DNA of 64,000 nucleotides from Octopus sinensis (taxonomy: Eukaryota): NCBI RefSeq assembly GCF_006345805.1, contig NC_042998.1, positions 8,866,001-8,930,000 on the forward strand. Reading direction: 5' to 3'. The translations under genes were made by a program, and so were the position numbers. Shown here piece after piece: positions 33,880 to 47,876 of the stretch. The first letter of the stretch is position 1. Each line of letters starts with the position of its first letter. The notes beneath the pieces are model-generated. The model saw only the letters and a list, made by a program, of their open reading frames with translations. It was not told the origin of the DNA and searched no databases.

Positions 33880-35491
33880 TCTCTTATTATAAAAGGCAGA
33901 TTTTATCTGCCTCCCTTTGGGAGTTATACAAATCTACAATATAGGATTTCTTCAATTACAATTTACCTAGCATTTTTAAGAGTACAATGCATCGCGTCAT
34001 GCCAGGTCCAGTTTTTAAAATTTAAACTCCAATTAAGCAAAATTTACAGAAAACTCACATTCTGGTGTGTGTGTCAAATGCTTTTCTTAGTCTGGTTTAC
34101 ACCACACGCAAACGCACACACACAGTGTGCAACGAATAAAATGAAAGTAAATAGCGACAGAGTGATTTGAGGAAGACTAAACTGAAAGTATTTAAACCAC
34201 TACTCAAAAAATAAAAAAACACAGCAAACAGAAACAAATAAATACATAACCATTTACTCCTCACACAATTTCTTCAATTAGAATTTACCTAAGATTTTTC
34301 AGAGTACTTCAGTGGGTGATGCCATAAAAAATTTCTCTTAATTTTACCACCAATTAAGACAAAATTCGAGAAAACTCAATATTTTAACATATCACTCCGA
34401 AAGCATTGATGTACATGTGTGCGTGCGTGAGTGTGTGTGTGTTATTCCTCACACACACGCATACACATACATATACAACTACATACAACTACATACACAT
34501 ACAACTACATACAAACACGTGTGTGTTTGTTATTAGTAAAAAAGGCGCCAAATCACAACTCACTTATCATTCCAACACATTTGCAAAGACACACGGACGG
34601 ACAGAAAAGGTAAATTGGTTTTTATTTTACTCTGTATATATTTTATTATATAATATAGATATATGTATATATAATTGCAGTATGAAACAGTGTTTATGTA
34701 TAAACAGACGACACTTATATATAGTTATTATAATAAGAGATTAATAAATGTATGCATCCGTTTAACCCTTTCGTTACCAAGCCGCCCGAATTTACCTATT
34801 CATATTTAAATGAGAATATCAGAGCAAATCTCTTTAGTACATTCGTGAAAACACGTATTATACTTCGTAAAAACTTCAACTACAGTTTTGTACAAAAATC
34901 GAAGTGTAATTTTAATTCCGTGAATTATGGGAGATTTTTTTCCGAAATTTGTTCCTATTGTGTTTTCCAAATTTGTAATTCTGACAAAAAATGGATACGA
35001 ATTTCATTATATCAAGCAGCGAGTCAGAATTCGAAGGATTTTCTACTGAAGACCTTCATAAATCTAACTCTATGACTGAAAAAAAAAAAGCATCTTTATA
35101 TAAGAGTGAAGTTGTGTGGTGTCTGTCTCCTACGATTTAGATTCCTAACTACTCCCACATTTTGCGGTGCAGTTTAACCAAAAGCGGGTATCTTATAGTC
35201 GTGATTTATATCGAGCCCTTCTGGGTATAAGCGTGCGTCTACGATGAGTCTACGATTTAAAAAAAATTTACCATCATATTTTTCCATTTTAATACATTTT
35301 TTTTCGCTTTTATATAAGGGAAGTAACTCTCTAAAAATATCTACGATGCGTCAACGATTTTAAAAAAAATTTACCTTAATTTTTTTTCAATTTTTAATGC
35401 ATTTTTTTGCTATTTTTTGGCTATAACTCTCTAAAAATGCTTATATAGTTATTTCCCTTACAACCCGAGCAACGCCGGGCGATACTGCTAG
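33880..35491 (+). mobile_element. Composite non-autonomous Helitron, cargo variant 1
   Basis: A|TCTCTTATTATAAAAGGCAG (module A), internal cargo, then module B (35093-35491) ending in hairpin plus CTAG. Confidence 0.75.
34762..35085 (+). mobile_element. Possible piggyBac-like left end captured in the Helitron
   Basis: TTAA|CCCTTT start. ATG at 34991 reads MDTNFIISSSESEFEGFSTEDL, resembling acidic piggyBac transposase N-termini. Confidence 0.45.
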
Positions 35492-37461
35492 TCTCTTATT
35501 ATAAAAGGCAGATTTTATCTGCCTCCTTTGGGAGTTATACAAATCTACAATATAGGATTTCTTCAATTACAATTTACCTTGCATTTTTAAGAGTACAATG
35601 CATCGCGTCATGCCAGGTCCAGTTTTTAAAATTTCAACTCCAATTAAGCAAAATTTACAGAAAACTCACATTCTGGAGTGTGTGTCAAATGCTTTTCTTA
35701 GTCTGGTTTACAGCACACGCAAACGCACACACACAGTGGGCAACGAATAAAATGAAACTAATTCACTTACTGTAGTGAGTGATTCTTTCACTCTGCTCCC
35801 ACTTCCTCTTTCCACACATAGACACGCAAATATATAAATAAAATTGTAAGCTAACGTGCGTGTGTGTGAGTGTGTGTGTGTGTGTGTGCGCGTGTGTGTG
35901 TGTGTGCGCGTGTGTGTGTGTGTGAGGGTGCGTGTGTATGTGTGCGTGTGCGTGAGTGTGTGACAGGAAAGTTTTTACGACGAATATAAGACCTATATCC
36001 AAGTAGCAGAAAGATAAGACAGTAAGGTGTGATTTGAGGGAGATTTGGCTGCTATTTCTACCATGTCTAGCTGCCATGTAGGGGTCTCCCTCATAGGCTC
36101 ATACATACATATATACATAGATAAGACAGTAAGGTGTGATTTGGGGGAAATGTGGCTGCTATTTCTACCAGGTCTAGCTACCATGTAGAGGTCCCCCTCA
36201 TTGGCTCATATATATATATACATACATAAGACAGTAAGGTGTGATTTGAGGGAGATTTGGCTGCTGTTTCTACCAGGTCTGTTAGGCCTTCTCATGTAAA
36301 CTCAAGCTTTCTCATGCCTTGAACATAAGACCAAAGCAGAGAATGTATTCTTTTATTCTTCTGCTTTTTCCAGCCATTGGTCTGTGGCCATGCTGGGGCA
36401 ATGCCTTGAAGAATTGTAGTTTAATGAATCAACTCCAGTTTTATTTTCGTAAGCATTGTACTTATTCTATCTGTTTTCTTTGTCAAACCACTAGGTGACA
36501 GGGATGTAAACAAACCAACATTCGTTGTCAAGCAGTGGTGGAGGACAATCACAAGCACAGACACGCACACACACACACATACATGCATACACATATACAC
36601 ACATACATACATACATACATATATATATATGTGTGTATATATATATTGCAGCGTGGAAGGTGTTTGTAAGCCATTTAAGAAACACACAAAAACCGTTACA
36701 TTCAATTCAACATTTAAATTTAATTTGCCAAAATATTTTCGTCGCTTTCAGACCGCGACCTGTTCACTGACAAAAATATCGTGCTTAACAGGTCGTGGTC
36801 TCAAAGCAACGAAAATATTTTGACAAATTAAATTTAAATGTTGAAGTGAATCTAACGGTTTTTGTGTGTTTCTTAAATGGCTTATAAACACCTTCAACGC
36901 TGCAACTGTTTTCGTTCCAGCACACGATCTCAGATCAAGTCACTTGCTATGCAAGTACATCTCTGTAACTATATATATATTTATATATATATATATATGT
37001 ATATTGGTAAAAACAGTAAGATAACAAAAGAAAGAAAGAGACCTCAATATTATGTAAGTAGAGGTAATCTTTATATATAAAAGTGAGGTTGTGTGTCTGT
37101 CTCCTACGATTTAGATTCCTAACTACTCCCACATTTTGCGGTGCAGTTTAACCAAAACCGGGTATCTTATAGTCGTGATTCATATCGAGACCGTCTGGGT
37201 ATTAGCGCGCGTCTACGATGAGTCTACGATTTTAAAAAAATTTACCATCAATTTTTCCCATTTTTAATCCATTTTTGACATATATAAGGGAAGTAACTCT
37301 CTAAAATTTATTATTAAATCTCAGAACGTAAAAATCTACAGTAACACCCCTCCCCCTTCGTGTTTAGCCATATTGAGATGGCTATTATACTTTACATCTC
37401 TAAAAATGCTTATATAATTATTTCCCTTACAAACCCGAGCAACGCCGGGCGATACTGCTAG
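35492..37461 (+). mobile_element. Composite Helitron, cargo variant 2 (copy 1)
   Basis: Module A, (GT)n, about 106-bp repeats x3, inverted SINE tail, 260-bp palindrome, module B, CTAG. Confidence 0.85.
36646..36905. repeat. 260-bp imperfect palindrome (MITE-like) carried by the Helitrons
   Basis: TTGCAGCGTGGAAGGTGTTTGTAAGCCATTT...AAATGGCTTATAAACACCTTCAACGCTGCAA. Present in all five variant-2 copies. Confidence 0.85.
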
Positions 37462-37473
37462 TATATATATATA

Positions 37474-39419
37474 TCTCTTACTATAAAAGGCAGATTTTAT
37501 CTGCCTCCCTTTGGGAGTTATACAAATCTACAATATAGGATTTCTTCAATTACAATTTACCTAGGATTTTTAAGAGTACAATGCATCGCGTCATGCCAGG
37601 TCCAGTTTTTAAAATTTAAACTCCAATTAAGCAAAATTTACAGAAAACTCACATTCTGGTGTGTGTGTCAAATGCTTTTCTTAGTCTGGTTTACACCACA
37701 CGCAAACGCACACACACAGTGGGCAATGAATAAAATGAAAGTAATTCACTTACTGTAGTGAGTGATTCTTTCACTCTGCCGCCCACTTCCTCTTTCCACA
37801 CATAGACACGCAAATATATAAATAAAATTGTAAGCTAACGTGCGTGTGTGTGAGTGTGTGTGCGCGTGTGTGAGGGTGCGTGTGTGTGTGTGTGTGCGTG
37901 TGCGTGAGTGTGTGACAGGAAAGTTTTTTACTACGAATATAAGACCTATATCCAAGTAGCAGAAAGATAAGACAGTAAGGTGTGATTTGAGGGAGATTTG
38001 GCTGCTATTTCTACCATGTCTAGCTGCCATGTAGTGGTCTCCCTCATAGGCTCATACATACATATATACATAGATAAGACAGTAAGGTGTGATTTGGGGG
38101 AAATTTGGCTGCTATTTCTACCAGGTCTAGCTACCATGTAGAAGTCCCCCTCATTGGCTCATATATATATACATACATAAGACAGTAAGGTGTGATTTGA
38201 GGGAGATTTGGCTGCTGTTTCTACCAGGTCTGTTAGGCCTTCTCATGTAAACTCAAGCTTTCTCATGCCTTGAACATAAGACCAAAGCAGAGAATGTATT
38301 CTTTTATTCTTCTGCTTTTTCCAGCCATTGGTCTGTGGCCATGCTGGGGCAATGCCTTGAAGAATTGTAGTTTAATGAATCAACTCCAGTTTTATTTTTG
38401 TAAGCATTGTACTTATTCTATCTGTTTCCTTTGTCAAACCACTAGTGGACAGGGATGTAAACAAACCAACATTCGTTGTCAAGCAGTGGTGGAGGACAAT
38501 CACAAGCACAGACACGCACACACACACACACATACATGCATACACATATACACACATACATACATACATGCATATATATATATATATGTGTATATATATA
38601 TTGCAGCGTGGAAGGTGTTTGTAAGCCATTTAAGAAACACACAAAAACCGTTACATTCACTTCAACATTTAAATTTAATTTGCCAAAATATTTTCGTCGC
38701 TTTGAGACCGCGACCTGTTCACTGACAAAAATATCGTGCTTAACAGGTCGTGGTCTCAAAGCGACGAAAATATTTTGACAAATTAAATTTAAATGTTGAA
38801 GTGAATCTAACGGTTTTTATGTGTTTCTTAAATGGCTTATAAACACCTTCAACGCTGCAACTGTTTTCGTTCCAGCACACGATCTCAGATCAAGTCACTT
38901 GCTATGCAAGTACACATCTGTAACTATATATATATTTATATATATATATATATATATGTATATTGGTAAAAACAGTAAGATAACAAAAGAAAGAAAGAGA
39001 CCTCAATATTATGTAAATAGAGGAAATCTTTATATATAAAAGTGAGGTTGTGTGTCTGTCTCCTACGATTTAGATTCCTAACTACTCCCACATTTTGCGG
39101 TGCAGTTTAACCAAAACCGGGTATCTTATAGTCGTGATTTATATCGAGACCGTCTGGGTATTAGCGCGCATATACGATGAGTCTACGATTTAAAAAAAAT
39201 TTACCATAAATTTTTCCCATTTTTAATCCATTTTTGACATATATAAGGGAAGTAACTCTCTAAAATTTATTATTAAATCTCAGAACGTAAAAAGCTACAG
39301 TAACAACCCTCCCCCTTTGTGGTTAGCCATATTGAGATGGCTATTATACTTTACATCTCTAAAAATGCTTATATAATTATTTCCCTTACAAACCCGAGCA
39401 ACGCCGGGCGATACTGCTA

Positions 39420-39420
<1 letters not shown>
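37474..39420 (+). mobile_element. Composite Helitron, variant 2 (copy 2)
   Basis: Same modules as 35492-37461; TC start, CTAG end, followed by (TA)n. Confidence 0.85.
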
Positions 39421-39510
<90 letters not shown>

Positions 39511-39513
<3 letters not shown>

Positions 39514-40966
39514 GACTAATAGGTGTAAAACGTCGATTTGTCTGTTTCGACGTTGAGTAGAACACTGGCACAGTTTAGGCAACCTGTTTTCATCCAAGGG
39601 ATCTACTTCAGGAGCTCCGCAGTGTCAGCTAGGGTAATTATATTAATTAAGTAACGAGCAGATGGTATAAAACTCTACACTGTAAAACGTTTGATTCGAT
39701 CCGTCTTGCTATTGTCATTTATGTGTGGGACTCCATGCAAAATGTTGTGCTACATCGATTTTGCTGTCTCGATCTCATCCGGTACATTGATAGATAAAGT
39801 TCTGTCTCACTTAAGATCTCGATTCTCGGCTGTTATTTTGTTAAAGTTTAATATCGAAACTATCTTCTTGTTATTTAATTAATATAATTACTGTGTGCGT
39901 GTGTGTGTGTGTGTGCGTGTGTGAGCGTGGGTGTGAGTGTAGATATATGTCCCTTTATGTCTGTGTTTCTACCCCCCCCCCCACCATCAGTGGACAACCG
40001 GAAACACTAGAAAAAGTTCAAATCAGGCAACTTAGCGGTTCGTCAAAAGTACCCGATAGAATAAAACCTGCACTTCCAAAAATTAGATCTTGGGTTCGAT
40101 TTCTTCGTGTAAAATCCCTTAAAGTGGTGCTCAAGCATGGCCGCAGACAAATGACAGAAAGAAGTAACAGAATAAAAGAAGAAAAAATAAGTGTTTGAGA
40201 GAGAGAGAAAGAGAGAGAGGGAAGGATTGATAAAATCAACAAAACTTACCTTAAAATTTTGTTCTGTTTTTATCTGTATCCTAGTTACAACAAAACGCAG
40301 TGACAACAAAAACTTCTCTGATTCTGCCCGTCACTCACTCCCCTTCCCTTTGTTATTATAATATACTCTACGGGTACGATATCACGCAATCTATTTTATC
40401 TTTAACAAAATATCTGCGGCAAGGTCACGGAAATAGTTAACATTGTATAATGGAGAGTGGGAATAATTCAATTGTTATTATTATTTTTATTGTTAAAGTG
40501 AAAGTATCTGACATAAAATAGAGAAATATTTTTGTTTCACTTTTAACACGTAATACTGAAATAGTGGAGAAGATATGATATTGCTATGGGCTCGCTCTAG
40601 GCAAGAAGTTGAACATTTTTTTTTGCCCATGAAACTACATGGACCCAAAGTAAGGCATGTGTAAAATTTGAATGAAATTGGTTGTGTAGTTCTCAAGTTT
40701 TAGGAAATCGTAGTGGAGAAGATATGATATTGCTGTGGGCTCGCCCTAGGCAAAAAGTTAAATTTTTTTGCCGATGACACTCCCCATACCCTAAGTAAGG
40801 CATGTGTAAAATTTGAATGAAATTGATTGTGTAGTTCTCAAGTTTTAGGGAAACACACAGACAGACAGACAGACACACATTCTCAGTTTTATATATATAA
40901 AGATTTATTCATATGATATATGTGTTTGTGAGTGTATGTATGTATATATGTGTATATGTTTATGTA
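39511..40966. repeat. 1.45-kb segment duplicated at 44828-46280
   Basis: Starts GGGACTAATAGGTGTAAAACG in both copies and is colinear and near-identical. Includes a degenerate SINE tail and a Helitron-like end. Confidence 0.9.
40480..40903 (-). mobile_element. Third Helitron-like family, 5' end with (GTCT)n and a 149-bp internal dimer (second copy ends at 46217)
   Basis: Minus strand A|TCTTTATATATATAAAACTGAG, then the (GTCT)n run. The 3' CTAG end was not identified. Confidence 0.5.
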
Positions 40967-42784
40967 TCTCTTATTATAAAAGGCAGATTTTATCTGCCTC
41001 CCTTTGGGAGTTATACAAATCTACAATATAGGATTTCTTCAATTACAATTTACCTTTTATTTTTAAGAGTACAATGCATCGCGTCATGCCAGGTCCAGTT
41101 TATAAAATTTAAACTCCAGTTAAGCAAAGTTTACAGAAAACTCACATTCTGGTGTGTGTGTCAAATGCTTTTCTTAGTCTGGTTTACACCACACGCAAAC
41201 GCACACACACAGTGGGCAACGAATAAAATGAAAGTAATTGACTTACTGTAGTGAGTGATTCTTTCACTCTGCCTCCCACTTCCTCTTTCCACACAGACAC
41301 GCAAATATATAAATAAAATTGTAAGCTAACGTGCGTGTGTGTGAGTGGGTGTGTGTGGGTGTGCGCGTGTGTGTGTGGGTGAGGGTGCGTGTGTGTGTGT
41401 GTCTGTGTGTGTGCGTGTGCGTTAGTGTGTGACAGGAAAGTTTTTTTACGACGAGTATAACACCTATATCCAAGTAGCGGAAAGATAAGACAGTAAGGTG
41501 TGATTTGAGGGAGATTTGGCTGCTATTTCTACCATGTCTAGCTGCCATGTAGGGGTCTCCCTCATAGGCTCATACATACATATATACATAGATAAGACAG
41601 TAAGATGTGATTTGGGGGAAATTTGGCTGCTATTTCTACCAGGTCTAGCTGCCATGTAGGGGTCTCCCTCATAGGCTCATACATACATATATACATAGAT
41701 AAGACAGTAAGGTGTGATTTGGGGGAAATTTGTCTGCTATTTCTACCAGGTCTAGCTGCCATGTAGGGGTCTCTCTCATTGGCTCATACATACATATATA
41801 CATAGATAAGACAGTAAGGTGTCTATGGGACAGGTATGTAAACAAACCAACATTCGTTGTCAAGCAGTGGTGGAGGACAATCACAAGCACAGACACGCAC
41901 ACACACACATATACATGCATACACATATACACACATACATACATATATATATATGTGTGTATATATATATTGCAGCGTTGAAGGTGTTTGTAAGCCATTT
42001 AAGAAACACACAAAAACCGTTACATCCACTTCAACATTTAAATTTAATTTGCCAAAATATTTTCGTCGCTTTCAGACCGCGACCTGTTCGCTGACAAAAA
42101 TATCGTGCTTAACAGGTCGTGGTCTCAAAGCGACGAAAATATTTTGACAAATTAAATTTAAATGTTGAAGTGAATCTAACGGTTTTTGTGTGTTTCTTAA
42201 ATGGCTTATAAACACCTTCAACGCTGCAACTGTTTTCGTTCCAGCACACGATCTCAGATCAAGTCACTTGCTATGCAAGTACATCTCTGTAACTATATAT
42301 ATATTTATATATATATATATATGTATATTGGTAAAAACAGTAAGATAACAAAAGAAAGAAAGAGACCTCAATATTATGTAAATAGAGGAATCTTTATATA
42401 TAAAAGTGAGGTTGTGTGTCTGTCTCCTACGATTTAGATTCCTAACAACTCCCACATTTTGCGGTGCAGTTTAACCAAAACCGGGTATCTTATAGTCGTG
42501 ATTCATATCGAGACCGTCTGGGTATTAGCGCGCGTCTACGATGAGTCTACGATTTAAAAAAAATTTACCATCAATTTTTCCCATTTTTAATCCATTTTTG
42601 ACATATATAAGGGAAGTAACTCTCTAAAATTTATTATTAAATCTCAGAACGTAAAAACCTACAGTAACACCCCTCCCCCTTTGTGGTTAGCCATATTGAG
42701 ATGGCTATTATACTTTACATCTCTAAAAATGCTTATATAATTATTTCCCTTACAAACCCGAGCAACGCCGGGCGATACTGCTAG
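40967..42784 (+). mobile_element. Composite Helitron, variant 2 (copy 3, four 106-bp units, SINE part partly deleted)
   Basis: TC at 40967, CTAG at 42781-84. Confidence 0.85.
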
Positions 42785-42800
42785 TATATATATATATATA

Positions 42801-43876
42801 TCTCTTATTATAAAAGGCAGATTTTATCTGCCTCCCTTTGGGAGTTATACAAATCTACAATATAGGATTTCTTCAATTACAATTTACCTAGGATTTTTAA
42901 GAGTACAATGCATCGCGTCATGCCATGTCCAGTTTTTAAAATTTCAACTCCAATTAAGCAAAATTTACAGAAAACTCACATTCTGGTGTGTGTGTCAAAT
43001 GCTTTTCTTAGTCTGGTTTACACCACACGCAAACGCACACACACAGTGGGCAATGAATAAAATGAAAGTAATTCACTTACTGTAGTGAGTGATTCTTTTA
43101 CTCTGCCGCCCACTTCCTCTTTCCACACATAGACACGCAAATATATAAATAAAATTGTAAGCTAACGTGCGTGTGTGTGAGTGTGTGTGCGCGTGTGTGA
43201 GGGTGCGTGTGTGTGTGTTTGTGCGTGTGCGTGAGTGTGTGACAGGAAAGTTTTTTACTACGAATATAAGACCTATATCCAAGTAGCAGAAAGATAAGAC
43301 AGTAAGGTGTGATTTGAGGGAGATTTGGCTGCTATTTCTACCATGTCTAGCTGCCATGTAGGGGTCTCCCTCATAGGCTCATACATACATATATACATAG
43401 ATAAGACAGTAAGGTGTGATTTGGGGGAAATTTGGCTGCTATTTCTACCAGGTCTAGCTACCATGTAGAAGTCCCCCTCATTGGCTCATATATATATACA
43501 TACATAAGACGGTAAGGTGTGATTTGAGGGAGATTTGGCTGCTGTTTCTACCAGGTCTGTTAGGCCTTCTCATGTAAACTCAAGCTTTCTCATGCCTTGA
43601 ACATAAGACCAAAGCAGAGAATGTATTCTTTTATTCTTCTGCTTTTTCCAGCCATTGGTCTGTGGCCATGCTGGGGCAATGCCTTGAAGAATTGTAGTTT
43701 AATGAATCAACTCCAGTTTTATTTTTGTAAGCATTGTACTTATTCTATCTGTTTCCTTTGTCAAACCACTAGGTGACAGGGATGTAAACAAACCAACATT
43801 CGTTGTCAAGCAGTGGTGGAGGACAATCACAAGCACAGACACGCACACACACACATACATGCATACACATATACAC

Positions 43877-43911
<35 letters not shown>

Positions 43912-44750
43912 TATATGTGTATATATATATTGCAGCCTGGAAGGTGTTTCTAAGCCATTTAAGAAACACACAAAAACCGTTACATTCACTTCAACATTTA
44001 AATTTAATTTGCCAAAATATTTTCGTCGCTTTGAGACCGCGACCTGTTCACTGACAAAAATATCGTGCTTAACAGGTCGTGGTCTCAAAGCGACGAAAAT
44101 ATTTTGACAAATTAAATTTAAATGTTGAAGTGAATCTAACGGTTTTTGTGTTTCTTAAATGGCTTATAAACACCTTCAACGCTGCAGCTGTTTTCGTTCC
44201 AGCACACGATCTCAGATCAAGTCACTTGCTATGCAAGTACATCTCTGTAACTATATATATATTTATATATATATATATATGTATATATGTATATTGGTAA
44301 AAACAGTAAGATAACAAAAGAAAGAAAGAGACCTCAATATTATGTAAATAGAGGAAATCTTTATATATAAAAGTGAGGTTGTATGTCTGTCTCCTACGAT
44401 TTAGATTCCTAACAACTCCCACATTTTGCGGTGCAGTTTAACCAAAACCGGGTATCTTATAGTCGTGATTTATATCGAGACCGTCTGGGTATTAGCGCGC
44501 ATATACGATGAGTCTACGATTTAAAAAAAATTTACCATAAATTTTTCCCATTTTTAATCCATTTTTGACATATATAAGGGAAGTAACTCTCTAAAATTTA
44601 TTATTAAATCTCAGAACGTAAAAAGCTACAGTAACAACCCTCCCCCTTTGTGGTTAGCCATATTGAGATGGCTATTATACTTTACATCTCTAAAAATGCT
44701 TATATAATTATTTCCCTTACAAACCCGAGCAACGCCGGGCGATACTGCTA

Positions 44751-44751
<1 letters not shown>
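42801..44751 (+). mobile_element. Composite Helitron, variant 2 (copy 4)
   Basis: TC at 42801, CTAG ends at 44751. Closest to copy 2. Confidence 0.85.
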
Positions 44752-44830
<79 letters not shown>

Positions 44831-47800
44831 GACTAATAGGTGTAAAACGTCGATTTGTCTGTTTCGACGTTGAGTAGAACACTGGCACAGTTTAGGCAAC
44901 CTGTTTTCATCCAAGGGATCTACTTCAGGAGCTCCGCAGTGTCAGCTAGGGTAATTATATTAATTAAGTAACGAGCAGATGGTATAAAACTCTACACTGT
45001 AAAACGTTTGATTCGATCCGTCTTGCTATTGTCATTTATGTGTGGGACTCCATGCAAAATGTTGTGCTACATCGATTTTGCTGTCTCGATCTCATCCGGT
45101 ACATTGATAGATAAAGTTCTGTCTCACTTAAGATCTCGATTCTCGGCTGTTATTTTGTTAAAGTTTAATATCGAAACTATCTTCTTGTTATTTAATTAAT
45201 ATAATTACTGTGTGCGTGTGTGTGTGTGTGTGCGTGTGTGAGCGTGGGTGTGAGTGTAGATATATGTCCCTTTATGTCTGTGTTTCTACCCCCCCCCACC
45301 ATCAGTGGACAACCGGAAACACTAGAAAAAGTTCAAATCAGGCAACTTAGCGGTTCGTCAAAAGTACCCGATAGAATAAAACCTGCACTTCCAAAATTAG
45401 GTCTTGGGTTCGATTTCTTCGTGTAAAATCCCTTAAAGTGGTGCTCAAGCATGGCCGCAGACAAATGACAGAAAGAAGTAACAGAATAAAAGAAGAAAAA
45501 ATAAGTGTTTGAGAGAGAGAGAAAGAGAGAGAGGGAAGGATTGATAAACTCAACAAAACTTACCTTAAAATTTTGTTCTGTTTTTATCTGTATCCTAGTT
45601 ACAACAAAACGCAGTGACAACAAAAACTTCTCTGATTCTGCCCGTCACTCACTCCCCTTCCCTTTGTTATTATAATATACTCTACGGGTACGATATCACG
45701 CAATCTATTTTATCTTTAACAAAATATCTGCGGCAAGGTCACGGAAATAGTTAACATTGTATAATGGAGAGTGGGAATAATTCAATTGTTATTATTATTT
45801 TTATTGTTAAAGTGAAAGTATCTGACATAAAATAGAGAAATGTTTTTGTTTCACTTTTAACACGTAATACTGAAATAGTGGAGAAGATATGATATTGCTA
45901 TGGGCTCGCCCTAGGCAAGAAGTTGAACATTTTTTTGCCCATGAAACTACATGGACCCAAAGTAAGGCATGTGTAAAATTTGAATGAAATTGGTTGTGTA
46001 GTTCTCAAGTTTTAGGGAATCGTAGTGGAGAAGATATGATTTTGTTGTGGGCTCGCCCAAGGCAAAAAGTTTAAAATGTTTTTGCCGATGACACTCCCCA
46101 TACCCTAAGTAAGGCATGAGTAAAATTTGAATGAAATTGATTGTGTAGTTCTCAAGTTTTAGGGAAACACACAGACAGACAGACAGACACACATTCTCAG
46201 TTTTATATATATAAAGATTTATTCATATGATATATGTGTTTGTGAGTGTATGTATGTATATATGTGTATATGTTTATGTATGTGTATATAAATGTATATG
46301 TATATATATTTATTTATGTGTGTGGGGAGGTATATATGTGTATGTGTATGTATTGCGTATCGTATGTATATATATATATGTATATATAAACAAATCAAAT
46401 TGCGATAAAATAAAAATAATTATAATCGCTGGTATTACTAACACAAGCCATATATTTTTCATATATCAGTACATTAAGGCGAAATATGTGCTAGGAATAC
46501 AGAAGCTTGATAAATTAAGTGAAATGAAGATAAAAACATTTACTAAACCGGTAATTCTCAGACTGCAGTTTCTTTCTTTTCAGCAATAAAGATAATTTAT
46601 TTGCTCAGGGAGAATTCTTCAGTGAGACCCTGTCTTTCTGGGACCCTAACTCACTAGAAGCATGTGCTTCTAATGATTTACTCTCCCTAACTAATCATAT
46701 CACTGCGCAGACTCCGAACGTCCCGACAAAACTAGGGAATTCTGGTATATCGCCTGGCGCTCGTAATTTATCGAGAAATATGTAAACAAATCAATATATA
46801 TGTATATATATGTATATATGTATACGCATGTACAGTTATACCTCAAATTATGATAAGTATTTTAAGAGACATTGGTTTTGATCACTAATTTTAGCTTATA
46901 ATTAAAAGAGTAATTTGGGAAGAATTTAATAGTACGTCGGGGGGTTACTATAATTTTTTTAATATATTTATAAATCATATAAGATTTTTAGAGTATATAT
47001 AATAATTAGTGGCTTTTAATTATTTAATTTATTTAGTATTAAGTATATTATTTTGGTGTGGAATCCCGAGTTTGACTAAGCACATTTTTTGCGCACGTGA
47101 GTTTTAAATTGGTTTTAATCAGCGGTGAGTTTTAGTCACCGTTGGTGTAAATGAAGGGTGATAAATCCATCCCATCCCCAGCATGAAGCGCTGATTCCTT
47201 AAAAAAGACTACCAGAAACTCCAGATACATATACATATGGCTGAAAGCGGGCCAGTGAAAGAATGTTTAAAAAAACACCAATTTATCGTGAATTACTTCC
47301 AATTTCTCGATTCGGATCTTTTCATTATCGTGGCCAGGACCGCAGATCTTTCTAGTTAACTAAATAATTTGAAACTTCGTGTACTGGTAGAGTGTCTCAA
47401 AACAAGACACTAATTCCAACTTGTTTATTTGAGAAAAATCTATTTTATGACTTTAATCGTACATTAAATCTGCGAATTTTAACCAATCATGTTGTCTGTA
47501 TTGATCTAAAATTATTCGCTGCATAGTGTTAACTGTGACGTAGAAAGCTATTTTATCGTAAACAACTTTTTCGTACACAAATTTTATCGTACACAGCTTT
47601 TTCAGTTCCCTAGAATTATATTTGAAACAAAATAAAAGAAAAAGATTCATACGCATAAATATCCATCCTTAGACATCAGAAAGATTAGAAATGCAACAAA
47701 AATTTAAAATACCGTATCTTTACCTTTCAAACTTCGTGGAGTATATATAAAATTTGTGTAGATCCTGAGTATATATAAAATGAGTGTTTAAATTATTTTT

Positions 47801-47876
47801 CATTGTTTGCATTGGTTATGCATATATTTATTTTTATACACACACACATGTATACAAACAAATGCATATATATATA

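Noticed and set aside
39530-39625. Minus-strand CTGAAGT...CGAAAC motif (duplicated near 44850-44940)
   Set aside because: The core is non-canonical and no consistent stem I or III could be drawn.
47060-47440. Possible Tc1/mariner transposase relic
   Set aside because: No convincing motif could be read in any frame.
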